A DNA stretch of 28,605 nucleotides from Octopus sinensis (GCF_006345805.1 NW_021833557.1:1-28605), one strand, 5' to 3'; positions 9,301 to 20,698 are shown, counted from the stretch's first letter. Translations and numbers: made by a program. Notes: generated by a model not told the origin, from the letters alone.

Positions 9301-12300
9301 TTCCTATAAAACATCCAAGATGTCAATGGAATTATAATAGAAGACTAACACTAACTTTACCTTTCATTGTTGTGGGGTGGATAAAATAAAGTAGCCGTGA
9401 TATACGGGGGTAGATTTAATATTCCTATAAAACATCCAAGATGTCAATGGAATTATAATAGAAGACTAACACTAACTTACCTTCATTGTTGTGGGGTGGA
9501 TAAAATAAAGTAGCAGTGATATACTGGGGTAGATTTATATTCCTATAAAACATCCAAGATGTCAATGGAATTATAATAGAAGACTAACACTAACTTTACC
9601 TTTCATTGTGTGGGGTTGATAAAATAAAGTAGCAGTGATACTGGGGTAGATTTAATATTCCTATAAAACATCCGAGATGTCAATGGAATTATAATAGAAG
9701 ACTAACACTAACTTTACCTTTCATTGTTGTGGGGTTGATAAAATAAAGTAGCAGTGATATACTGGGGTAGATTTAATATTCCTATAAAACATCCAAGATG
9801 TCAATGGAATTATAATAGAAGAACAACTAACTTTACCTTTCATTGTTGTGGGGTTGATAAAATAAAGTAGCAGTGATATACTGGGGTAGATTTAATATTC
9901 CTATAAAACATCCAAGATGTCAATGGAATTATAATAGAAGACAACACTAACTTTACCTTCATTGTTGTGGGGTTGATAAAATAAAGTAGCAGTGATATAC
10001 TGGGGTAGATTTAATATTCCTATAAAACATCTGAGATGTCAATGGAATTATAATAGAAGACTAACACTAACTTACCTTTCATTGTTGTGGGGTTGATAAA
10101 ATAAAGTAGCAGTGATATACTGGGGTAGATTTAATATTCCTATAAAACATCCAGATGTCAATGGAATTATAATAGAAGACTAACACTAACTTACCTTTCA
10201 TTCATTGTTGTGGGGTTGATAAAATAAAGTAGCAGGGATACACTGGGGTAGATTTAATATTCCTATAAAACATCCAAGATGTCAATGGAATTATAATAGA
10301 AGACTAACACTAATTTTACCTTTCATTGTTGTGGGGTTTATAAAAAAAAGTAGCAGGGATACACTGGGGTAGATTTAATATTCCTATAAAACATCCAAGA
10401 TGTCAATGGAATTATAATAGAAGACTAACACTAACTTTACCTTTCATTGTTATTGGGTTGATAAAATAAAGTAGCAGTGATATACTGGGGTAGATTTAAT
10501 ATTCCTATAAAACATCCAAGATGTCAATGGAATTATAATAGAAGACTAACACTAACTTAACCTTTCATTGTTGTGGGGTTGATAAAATAAAGTAGCAGTG
10601 ATATACTGATGTAGATTTAATATTCTATAAAACATCCAAGATGTCAATGGAATTATAATAGAAGATAACACTAACTTTACCTTTCATTGTTGTGGGGTTG
10701 GAAATAAGTAGCAGTGATATACTGGGGTAGATATAATATTCCTATAAAACATCCAAGATGTCAATGGAATTATAATAGAAGACTAACACTAACTTTACCT
10801 TTCATTGTTGTGGGGTTGATAAAATAAAGTAGCAGTGATATACTGGGGATTTTAATATTCTTATCAAACATCTGAGATATCAATGGAATTATAATAGAAG
10901 ACTAACACTAACTTTACCTTTACTTGTTGTGGGGTTGATAAAATAAAGTAGCAGTGATATACTGGGGTAGATTTAATATTCCTGTAAAACATCCGAGATG
11001 TCAATGGAATTATAATAGAAGACTAACACTAACTTTACCTTTCATTGTTGTGGGGTTGATAAAATAAAGTAACAGTGATATACTGGGGTAGATTTAATAT
11101 TCCTATAAAACATCCAACATGTCAATGGAATTATAATAGAAGACTAACACTAACTTTACCTTTCATTGTTGTGGGGTTGATAAAATAAAGTAACAGTGAT
11201 ATACTGGGGTAGATTTAATATTCCTATAAAACATCCAACATGTCAATGGAATTATAATAGAAGACTAACACTAACTTTACCTTTCATTGTTGTGGGTTGA
11301 TAAATAAAGTAACAGTGATATACTGGGGTAGATTTAATATTCCTATAAACATCCAAGATGTCAATGGAATTATAATAGAAGACTAACACTAACTTTACTT
11401 TTCATTGTTGTGGGGTTGATAAAATAAAGTAGCAGTGATATACTGGGGTAGATTTAATATTCCTATAAACATCCAAGATGTCAATGGAATTATATAGAAG
11501 ACTAACACTAACTTTACTTTTCATTGTTGTGGGGTTGATAAAATAAAGTAGCAGTGATATACTGGGGTAGATTTAATATTCCTATAAAACATCCAAGATT
11601 TCAATGTAATTATAATAGAAGACTAACACTAACTTTACCTTTTATTGTTGTGGGTTGATAAAATAAAGTAGCAGTGATATACTGGGGTAGATTTAATTTC
11701 CTATAAAACATCCAAGATGTCAATGGAATTATAATAGAAGACTAACACTAACTTTACCTTTTATTGTGTGGGGGTTGATAAAATAAAGTAGCAGTGATTA
11801 CTGGGGTAGATTTAATATTCCTATAAAACATCAAATATGTCAATGGAATTATAATAGAAGACTAACACTAACTTTACCTTTCATTGTTGTGGGGTGGATA
11901 AAATAAAGTAGCCGTGATATACTGGGGTAGATTTAATATTCCTATAAAACATCCAAGATGTCAATGGAATTATAATAGAAGACTAACACTACTTTACCTT
12001 TCATTGTTGTGGGGTTGATAAAGTAAAGTAGCAGTGATATACTGGGGTAGATTTAATATTCCTATAAAACATCCGAGATGTCAATGGAATTATAATAGAA
12101 GACTAACACTAACTTTACCTTTCATTGTTGTGGGGTTGATAAAATAAAGTAGCAGTGATATACTGGGGTAGATTTAATATTCCTATAAAACATCCAATGT
12201 CAATGGAATTATATAGAAGACTAACACTAACTTTACCTTTCATTGTTGTGGGGTGGATAAAAAAAGTAGCCGTGATATACTGGGGTAGATTTAATATTCC

Positions 12301-15300
12301 TATAAAACATCTGAGATGTCAATGGAATTATAATAGAAGACTAACACTAACTTTACCTTTCATTGTTGTGGGGTTGATAAAATAAAGTAGCAGTGATATA
12401 CTGGGGTAGATTTAATATTCCTATAAAACATCCGAGATGTCAATGGAATTATAATAGAAGACTAACACTAACTTTACCTTTCATTGTTGTGGGGTAGATA
12501 AAATAAGTAGCAGTGATATACTGGGGTAGATTTAATATTCCTATAAAACATCCAAGATGTCAATGGAATTATAATAGAAGACTAACACTAACTTTACCTT
12601 TCATTGTTGTGGGGTTGATAAAATAAAGTAGCAGTGATTATACTGGGGTAGATTTAATATTCCTATAAAACATCCGAGATGTCAATGGAATTATAATAGA
12701 AGACTAACACTAACTTTACCTTTCATTGTTGTGGGGTAGATAAAATAAAGTAGCAGTGATATACTGGGGTAGATTTAATATTCCTATAAAACATCCAAGA
12801 TGTCAATGGAATTATAATAGAAGACTGACACTAACTTTACCTTTCATTGTTGTGGGGTTGATAAAATAAAGTAGCAGTGATATACTGGGGTAGATTTAAT
12901 ATTCCTATAAAACATCCAAGATGTCAATGGAATTATAATAGAAGACTAACACTAACTTTACTTTTCATTGTTGTGGGGTTGATAAAATAAAGTAGCAGTG
13001 ATATACTGGGGTAGATTTAATATTCCTATAAAACATCCGAGATGTCAATGGAATTATAATAGAAGACTAACACTAACTTTACCTTTCATTGTTGTGGGGT
13101 TGATAAAATAAAGTAGCAGTGATATACTGGGGTAGATTTAATATTCCTATAAAACATCCGAGATGTCAATGGAATTATAATAGAAGACTAACTCTAACTT
13201 TACCTTTCATTGTTGTGGGGTAGATAAAATAAAGTTGCAGTGATATACTGGGGTAGATTTAATATTCCTATAAAACATCCGAGACGTCAATGGAATTATA
13301 ATAGAAGACTAACTCTAACTTTACCTTTCATTGTTGTGGGGTTGATAAAATAAAGTAGCAGTGATATACTGGGGTAGATTTAATATTCCTATAAAACATC
13401 CAAGATGTCAATGGAATTATAATAGAAGACTAACACTAACTTTACCTTTCATTGTTGTGGTTGATAAAATAAAGTAGCAGTGATATACTGAGTAGATTTA
13501 TATTCCTATAAAACATCCGAGATGTCATTGGAATTATAATAGAAGACTAACACTAACTTTACTTTTCATTGTTGTGGGGTTGATAAAATAAAGTAGCAGT
13601 GATATACTGGGGTAGATTTAATATTCCTATAAAACATCCAACATGTCAATGGAATTATAATAGAAGACTAACAAACTTTACCTTTCATTGTTGTGGGGTT
13701 GATAAAATAAAGTAGCAGTGAAATACTGGGGTAGATTTAATATTCCTATAAAACATCCAAGATGTCAATGGAATTATAATAGAAGACTAACACTAACTTT
13801 ACCTTTCAGTTGTGGGGTTGATAAAATAAAGTAGCAGTGATATACTGGGGTAGATTTGATATTCCTATAAAACATCCAAGATGTCAATGGAATTATAATA
13901 GAAGACTGACACTAACTTTACCTTTCATTGTTGTGGGGTTGATAAAATAAGTAGCAGTGATATACTGGGGTAGATTTAATATTCCTATAAAACATCCAAG
14001 ATGTCAATGGAATTATAATAGAAGACTAACACTAACTTTACTTTTCATTGTTGTGGGGTTGATAAAATAAGTAGCAGTGATATACTGGGGTAGATTTAAT
14101 ATTCCTATAAAACATCCGAGATGTCAATGGAATTATAATAGAAGACTACACTAACTTTACCTTTCATTGTTGTGGGGTTGATAAAATAAAGTAGCAGTGA
14201 TATACTGGGGTAGATTTAATATTCCTATAAAACATCCGAGATGTCAATGGAATTATAATAGAAGACTAACTCTAACTTTACCTTTCATTGTTGTGGGGTA
14301 GATAAAATAAAGTTGCAGTGATATACTGGGGTAGATTTAATATTCCTATAAAACATCCGAGACGTCAATGGAATTATAGAGAAGACTAACTCTAACTTTA
14401 CCTTTCATTGTTGTGGGGTAGATAAAATAAAGTAGCAGTGATATACTGGGGTAGATTTAATATTCCTATAAACAAATCCGAGATGTCAATGGAATTATAA
14501 TAGAAGACTAACACTAACTTTCCTTTCATTGTTGTGGGGTTGATAAAATAAAGTAGCAGTGATATACTGGGGTAGATTTAATATTCCTATAAAACATCAG
14601 ATGTCAATGGAATTATAATAGAAGACTAACTCTAACTTTACCTTTCATTGTTGTGGGGTGGATAAAATAAAGTAGCAGTGATATACTGGGGTAGATTTAA
14701 TATTCCTATAAAACATCCGAGATGTCAATGGAATTATAATAGAAGACTAACTCTAACTTTACCTTTCATTGTTGTGGGGTTGATAAAATAAAGTAGCAGT
14801 GATATACTGGGGTAGATTTAATATTCCTATAAAACATCCGAGATGTCAATGGAATTATAATAGAAGACTAACACTAACTTTACCTTTCATTGTTGTGGGG
14901 TTGATAAAATAAAGTAGCAGTGATATACTGGGGTAGATTTAATATTCCTATAAAACATCCGAGATGTCAATGGAATTATAATAGAAGACTAACTCTAACT
15001 TTACCTTTCATTGTTGTGGGGTGGATAAAATAAAGTAGCAGTGATATACTGGGGTAGATTTAATATTCCTATAAAACATCCGAGATGTCAATGGAATTAT
15101 AATAGAAGACTAACTCTAACTTTACCTTTCATTGTTGTGGGGTTGATAAAATAAAGTAGCAGTGATATACTGGGGTAGATTTAATATTCCTATAAAACAT
15201 CCAAGATGTCAATGGAATTATAATAGAAGACTAACACTAACTTTACCTTTCATTGTTGTGGGGTTGATAAAATAAAGTAGCAGTGATATACTGGAGTAGA

Positions 15301-17076
15301 TTTAATATTCCTATAAAACATCCGAGATGTCATTGGAATTATAATAGAAGACTAACACTAACTTTACCTTTCATTGTTGTGGGGTTGATAAAATAAAGTA
15401 GCAGTGATATACTGGGGTAGATTTAATATTCCTATAAAACATCCGAGATGTCAATGGAATTATAATAGAAGACTAACACTAACTTTACCTTTCATTGTTG
15501 TGGGGTTGATAAAATAAAGTAGCAGTGATATACTGGGGTAGATTTAATATTCCTATAAAACATCCAAGATGTCAATGGAATTATAATAGAAGACTAACAC
15601 TAACTTTACCTTTCATTGTTATGGGGTTGATAAAATAAAGTAGCAGTGAAATACTGGGGTAGATTTAATATTCCTATAAAACATCCAAGATGTCAATGGA
15701 ATTATAATAGAAGACTAACACTAACTCTACCTTTCATTGTTGTGGGGTGATAAAATAAAGTAGCAGGGATACACTGGGGTAGATTTAATATTCCTATAAA
15801 ACATCCAAGATGTCAATGGAATTATAATAGAAGACTAACACTAACTTACCTTTCATTGTTGTGGGGTGGATAAAATAAAGTAGCAGTGATATACTGGGGT
15901 AGATTTAATATTCTTATCAAACATCCGAGATGTCAATGGAATTATAATAGAAGACTAACACTAACTTTACCTTTCATTGTTGTGGGGTTGATAAAATAAG
16001 TAGCAGTGATATACTGGGGTAGATTTAATATTCCTATAAACACATCCAGATGTCAATGGAATTATAATAGAAGACTAACTCTAACTTTACCTTTCATTGT
16101 TGTGGGGTTGATAAAATAAAGTTGCAGTGATATACTGGGGTAGATTTAATATTCCTATAAAACATCCGAGACGTCAATGGAATTATAATAGAAGACTAAC
16201 TCTAACTTACCTTTCATTGTTGTGGGGTTGATAAAATAAAGTAGCAGTGATATACTGGGGTAGATTTAATATTCCTATAAAACATCCAAGATGTCAATGG
16301 AATTATAATAGAAGACTAACACTAACTTTACCTTTCATTGTTGTGGGGTTGATAAAATAAAGTAGCAGTGATATACTGGAGTAGATTTAATATTCCTATA
16401 AAACATCCGAGATGTCATTGGAATTATAATAGAAGACTAACACTAACTTTACCTTTCATTGTTGTGGGGTTGATAAAATAAAGTAGCAGTGATATACTGG
16501 GGTAGATTTGATATTCCTATAAAACATCCAAGATGTCAATGGAATTATAATAGAAGACTAACACTAACTTTACCTTTCATTGTTGTGGGGTTGATGAAAA
16601 AAAGTAGCAGTGATATACTGGGGTAGATTTAATATTCCTATAAAACATCCAAGATGTCAATGGAATTATAATAGAAGACTAACACTAACTTTACCTTTCA
16701 TTGTTGTGGGGTTGATAAAATAAAGTAGCAGTGATATACTGGGGTAGATTTAATATTCCTATAAAACATCCAACATGTCAATGGAATTATAATAGAAGAC
16801 TAACACTAACTTTACCTTTCATTGTTGTGGGGTTGATAAAATAAAGTAGCAGTGAAATACTGGGGTAGATTTAATATTCCTATAAAACATCCAAGATGTC
16901 AATGGAATTATAATAGAAGACTAACACTAACTTTACCTTTCATTGTTGTGGGGTTGATAAAATAAAGTAGCAGTGATATACTGGGGTAGATTTGATATTC
17001 CTATAAAACATCCAAGATGTCAATGGAATTATAATAGAAGACTAACACTAACTTTACCTTTCATTGTTGTGGGGTT
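6393..17076. repeat. 121-bp tandem satellite, about 88 monomers (~10.7 kb), intronic
   Basis: Consensus AAAGTAGCAGTGATATACTGGGGTAGATTTAATATTCCTATAAAACATCCAAGATGTCAATGGAATTATAATAGAAGACTAACACTAACTTTACCTTTCATTGTTGTGGGGTTGATAAAAT. The 121 period is checked at 7021/7142/7263. Copy number is span divided by period. Confidence 0.98.
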
Positions 17077-17184
17077 TGTAGTGGGAATATACGTTTGGTA
17101 TCAAGTACTGATGTGGATGCATGTATATCATTACAAGAATTCTTGTAATATATGTGTGTGTGTGTGTGTGTATTCTAGACTTAC

Positions 17185-17252
17185 CGATTCTTGCTGTTCC
17201 AAAGAGATGATATTCCTGATAGAATCCAAAGAAGTGAGGCATTTGTCCGATT
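17185..17252 (-). CDS. Internal coding exon 3: (E)SDKCLTSLDSIRNIISLEQQES
   Basis: Acceptor gtgttcttcag|AA, donor TCG|gtaagt. 68 nt, phase 1 to phase 0, which bridges the neighbouring exons exactly. Confidence 0.85.
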
Positions 17253-17486
17253 CTGAAGAACACAATGGCAATAATAACAACATCAACAATAACAAGATGT
17301 GTGTGTGTGTGCGTGTGTGTGTACAATGGAATGAATATCTGTAACTGAGAGAGAAAGTGTGTGTGTGTATATGTATATATATATATGTCTATAGGGAGAG
17401 TTTACGAAAAAAACAACAAAAGATGAAGACAGATGGTGTAGAAAACAAACAGATGTATTAGTATAACGCTCAGGAATAGAAAAAGT

Positions 17487-17522
17487 CTTTTACGTTTCGA
17501 GCCTACGCTCTTCTACAGAAAG
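17487..17522 (-). ncRNA. Minimal type I hammerhead-ribozyme-like motif, copy 1 (non-canonical core)
   Basis: Minus strand: cuuu CUGUAGA A GAGC-guag-GCUC GAAAC GUA aaag, read as stem I, core (A6 to U, plus an extra A), stem II, GAAA, palindromic ACGU helix III and a GUA cleavage triplet. Confidence 0.45.
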
Positions 17523-17645
17523 GAACACAGAAAAAACAAGGAGAGAAAAAAATGATCTATCATGGCGACTCTATATACGTATGTATACATATGTAAACAT
17601 ACACAAACACAAAAATGTTCATAAATACAGATATAGGTACACATA

Positions 17646-17680
<35 letters not shown>

Positions 17681-17804
17681 GCACACTAACATATATATAT
17701 ATATATATATATAGGGAGAGTTTACGAACAAAAACAAAAGACGATGGCAGGTGGTGTAGACAACAAACAGATGTATTAGTATAACGCTCAGGAATAGAAA
17801 AAGT

Positions 17805-17840
17805 CTTTTACGTTTCGAGCCTACGCTCTTCTACAGAAAG
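17805..17840 (-). ncRNA. Minimal type I hammerhead-ribozyme-like motif, copy 2
   Basis: Identical 36-nt motif 318 nt from copy 1. Confidence 0.45.
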
Positions 17841-17876
17841 GGACACAGAAAAAACAAAGAAACAAGGAGAGAAAAA

Positions 17877-18195
17877 AGGAGAGAATAAAAGGAGAGAGAA
17901 AAAAGGTAGAGAAAAAAAGGAGAAAAAAAAAGGAGAAAAAAAGGAGAAAAAAAAAGGAGGAAAAAAAAGGAGAGAAAAAAAGGAGAAAAAAAGGAGAAAA
18001 AAAGGAGAAAAAAAGGAGAGAAAAAAGGAGAGGAAAAAAGGAAAAAAAAGAGAAAAAAAGGAGAAAAAAAAGGAGAAAAAAAAGGAGAAAAAAAAAGGAG
18101 AGAAAAAAGGAGAAAAAAGAGAGAAAAAGAGAGAAAAAAAGGAGAAAAAAGGAGAAAAAGAGAGAAAAAAGGAGAGAAAAAAGGGGAGAAAAAAA
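17877..18195. repeat. (GGAGAAAAAA)n purine-rich low-complexity repeat
   Basis: Direct reading. Source of the F/S/L-rich pseudo-ORFs. Confidence 0.92.
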
Positions 18196-18272
18196 GGTGC
18201 CACGTGGTGGAACTGAACCCGGAACCATGTGGTTGGTAAGCAAGCTACTTACCACACAGCCACTCCTATGCA
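18196..18272 (-). mobile_element. SINE tRNA-head fragment
   Basis: A and B boxes present; truncated at the start of CORE. Confidence 0.8.
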
Positions 18273-18302
18273 TGTATGTATGTATGTATGGATGTGTATG
18301 TG

Positions 18303-18344
<42 letters not shown>

Positions 18345-18444
18345 CTTTAAGAACCTCATCACAATCTGCCAGGATTTCTTCAAACTCCAGGAATCGTTCC
18401 TTGTCCACATTGGCTTCATAAGTGGAGAGTCGACTGTACAGAAT
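18345..18444 (-). CDS. Internal coding exon 2: ILYSRLSTYEANVDKERFLEFEEILADCDEVLK(E)
   Basis: Acceptor ccatccattcag|ATT, donor AAAG|gtaaca. 100 nt, phase 0 to phase 1. Confidence 0.85.
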
Positions 18445-18464
18445 CTGAATGGATGGTCACCAAA

Positions 18465-18572
18465 ATAACAACAATAATGATAATAGTAATAATAATAACA
18501 ATGATGGTGATGATAATGATGGTTTCTGTTATAATAATAATGATAATGATAATAATGATGATAATGATGATG

Positions 18573-18622
<50 letters not shown>

Positions 18623-18640
18623 CATCATCATCATCATCAT
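18465..18640. repeat. (AAT/GAT/CAT)n microsatellite, partly the tail of the adjacent RTE
   Basis: Direct reading. Confidence 0.93.
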
Positions 18641-19335
18641 TTAGCGTCCGCTTTCCATGCTAGCATGGGTTGGACGGTTCAACTGGAGTCTGGGAAGCCA
18701 GGAGGCTGCACCAGGCACCAGTCTGATCTGGTAGTGTTTCTATAGCTGGATGCCCTTCCTAACGCCAACCACTCCGAGAGTGTAGTGGGGGCTTTTTACG
18801 TGCCACCAGCACGGGGGCAAGACGGGGCTGGCAAATGGCCACGATCGGATGGTGTTTTTTACGTGCCACCGGCACGGAGGCCAGACGGGGCTGGCAACGG
18901 CCACAATCGGATGGTGCTTTTTACGTGCCACCGGCACGGAGGCCAGTCGGGGCGGTGCTGGCAACGGCCACGTGCGGACAGTTCTCTTACGTGCCACCGG
19001 CACTGGTATCTTGGCTACAATTTCCATTGATGTTGAAAGATTTCGATTTTGATTTTGATTTTCACTTGCCTCAGCAGGTCTTCACAAGTAGGGTTTGTGT
19101 CACAAGAAGGAACGGTATGCATAAGTGGGCTGGCTACGTCCCATGTTGAGGCCACGGGTTATGGTCTCACTTGTCCTGCCGGGTCTTCCCACGCACAGCA
19201 TACTTCCAAAGGTCTTGGTCTCTGGTCATTTCCTCAGTGAGACCTAAAGTTCGAAGGTCGTTCTTCACCACCTCGTCCCAGGTTTAACTGGGTCTACTTC
19301 TTCCACAGGTTCCCTCAACCGCCAGGGTGTGGCAC
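18622..19335 (-). mobile_element. RTE LINE 3' end: ORF2 C-terminus, 3' UTR with internal ~60-bp tandem repeats, and (GAT)n tail
   Basis: Minus-strand translation CHTLAVEGTCGRSRPS*TWDEVVKNDLRTLGLTEEMTRDQDLWKYAVRGKTRQDK* is a typical RTE C-terminus (G.RGRP..TW...V..D). The UTR is shared with 5745-6000. Confidence 0.88.
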
Positions 19336-19366
<31 letters not shown>

Positions 19367-19413
19367 TGATGATGATAATGATAATAATAATAATAATGAT
19401 AATAATATTAATA

Positions 19414-19952
19414 AATTCAAACTGACAGAAAGATAGATGCGAATAGGCCAGACATCATATTGAAAGACTTCAGACAAAGAACATGCCTCCTCATTGATAT
19501 GACTGTCCCAATCGATATAAACGTATCTGTCAAGACCTACCAAAAACTGAGCAAATATAAAAATCTTGAAATAGAAATCAGCAAAATGTGGAACCTGAAG
19601 ACTAAAACAATACCTGTTGTCATAGGTGCCCTGGGAATGATAGTAAAAGGGGCTGATCGCTACCTAGCTCAGATACCAGAAAACCCCAAAACGGCAGAAA
19701 TTCAAGAGATAGTCCTCATGGGAACTGCCCACATCCTACGCAAAATACTTTCTATGTAATCTCAACTTTTAAAACAAACATAATTTTCGTATGGTTTTTT
19801 TTTTAGACATTCACTAGTACAACACTAAGTACAAAACCAAATATATGGCACCCTAGGCATAACACCAATATGAACTTCTAACTTGTCTCTTGAGGTCTCT
19901 GGGTGAGACTTGGAGCCAACTTGTACAAATGTAAAGCAAAAGTCAAACATAG
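19414..19952 (+). mobile_element. 5'-truncated R4/Dong-type non-LTR retrotransposon: restriction-like endonuclease C-terminus plus 3' UTR
   Basis: IQTDRKIDANRPDIILKDFRQRTCLLIDMTVPIDINVSVKTYQKLSKYKNLEIEISKMWNLKTKTIPVVIGALG...ILRKILSM* has the RPD...D...K..KY..L pattern of RLE domains. (AAT)n lies on both sides. Confidence 0.85.
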
Positions 19953-20088
19953 AATAATAATAATAATAATAATGATAATAATAATCCTTTCTACTATAGG
20001 CACAAGACCTGAAATTGGGGGAGGGATAGTCGATTATATTAACCCCAATGTTCAAGTGGTACTTATTTTTTATCGACCCCAGAAGAAT
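19953..20088 (-). mobile_element. 3' end of a different SINE-like retroposon with (ATT)n tail
   Basis: Minus strand ...CCCCCAATTTCAGGTCTTGTGCCTATAGTAGAAAGG followed by (ATT)n. Truncated by the MITE at 20089. Family assignment is by recognition only. Confidence 0.6.
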
Positions 20089-20340
20089 CTGCAATTTCAA
20101 CCAATCAATTACGTCTATTGAGGTTAAAAACATTCTGTGCCATATGAATGTGTCTCTCGTTTAAGAAACAGATTGGGTTTATTTACATTTCGGAAGAAAA
20201 AAAGATACCCTTCCCTCCACCCCTAACCCTAACCCTAAAATAGATTGAAATGCAATAGATCGATTCTAGGGTCATAATTATGGGTGACAATTTCATATGA
20301 CACTGCTAGAAAAAACTGCCGTTCAAACCGAAAAGATCCC
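20089..20340 (-). mobile_element. MITE copy 2 (partial, retains one TIR)
   Basis: Reverse complement of 1-230, plus the TIR AAAAACTGCCGTTCAAACCGAAAAGATCCC. Contains (CCCTAA)3. Confidence 0.8.
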
Positions 20341-20404
20341 ATTTGTACAGGTGAGTGTGTAACAAGAGGTAAATTAAAAGTTGGGCTTTACCAGTTTAGG
20401 AAGA

Positions 20405-20659
20405 ATATTTAGATGTTAAGTACCTTCTCGAACCATGCCAAGCTCATAAGGACTGGATTCCCAGTTTCAGTAGCATAGAAATTCCCCACCTGGACGGGGC
20501 GCCGGTTCGTAGCAGGATTACTCATTTTTGCCAGCTGAGTGGACTGGAGCAACGTGAAATGAAGCGACTTGCTCAAGAACATAATGCATCGCCCGGTCCA
20601 GGAATTGAAACCACAATCTTACTATCACGAGTCCAACACTCCTAACCACTGAGCCACGC
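20405..20659 (-). mobile_element. tRNA-derived SINE of another family
   Basis: Minus strand A box GTGGCTCAGTGG, B-box-like GGTTTCAATTCC and CORE-like CTTGAGCAAGT. The body differs from the main family. Confidence 0.72.
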
Positions 20660-20698
20660 AAGAGGGAAAAAATTTGAATGAATAAACTTGAAACTTAC

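Larger units (their letters stand above)
17390..17876 (-). mobile_element. Two tandem ~165-bp Penelope-like/retrozyme-like units (about 17390-17552 and 17710-17876) separated by a TA-rich spacer
   Basis: The two units are near-identical over ATAGGGAGAGTTTACG...ACAAGGAGAGAAAAAA. Each contains the ACGTTTCG (minus strand CGAAACGT) motif typical of Penelope-like element terminal repeats. Confidence 0.6.

Noticed and set aside
6393-17076. CRISPR-like array or tandem RNA-gene cluster
   Set aside because: Monomers are contiguous and near-identical with no unique spacers. I see no tRNA/5S A or B boxes, snoRNA C/D pair or hammerhead core, and the context is eukaryotic.
3900-19335. The plus-strand RTE fragment ends (KKC..VEGT, ~3925) where the minus-strand RTE fragment begins (CHTLAVEGT, 19335), as if one LINE had been split by a 15-kb inversion
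   Set aside because: The three exons inside the interval are colinear and phase-compatible with the exons outside it, and the two pieces overlap by about 30 nt. Two independent insertions are more parsimonious.
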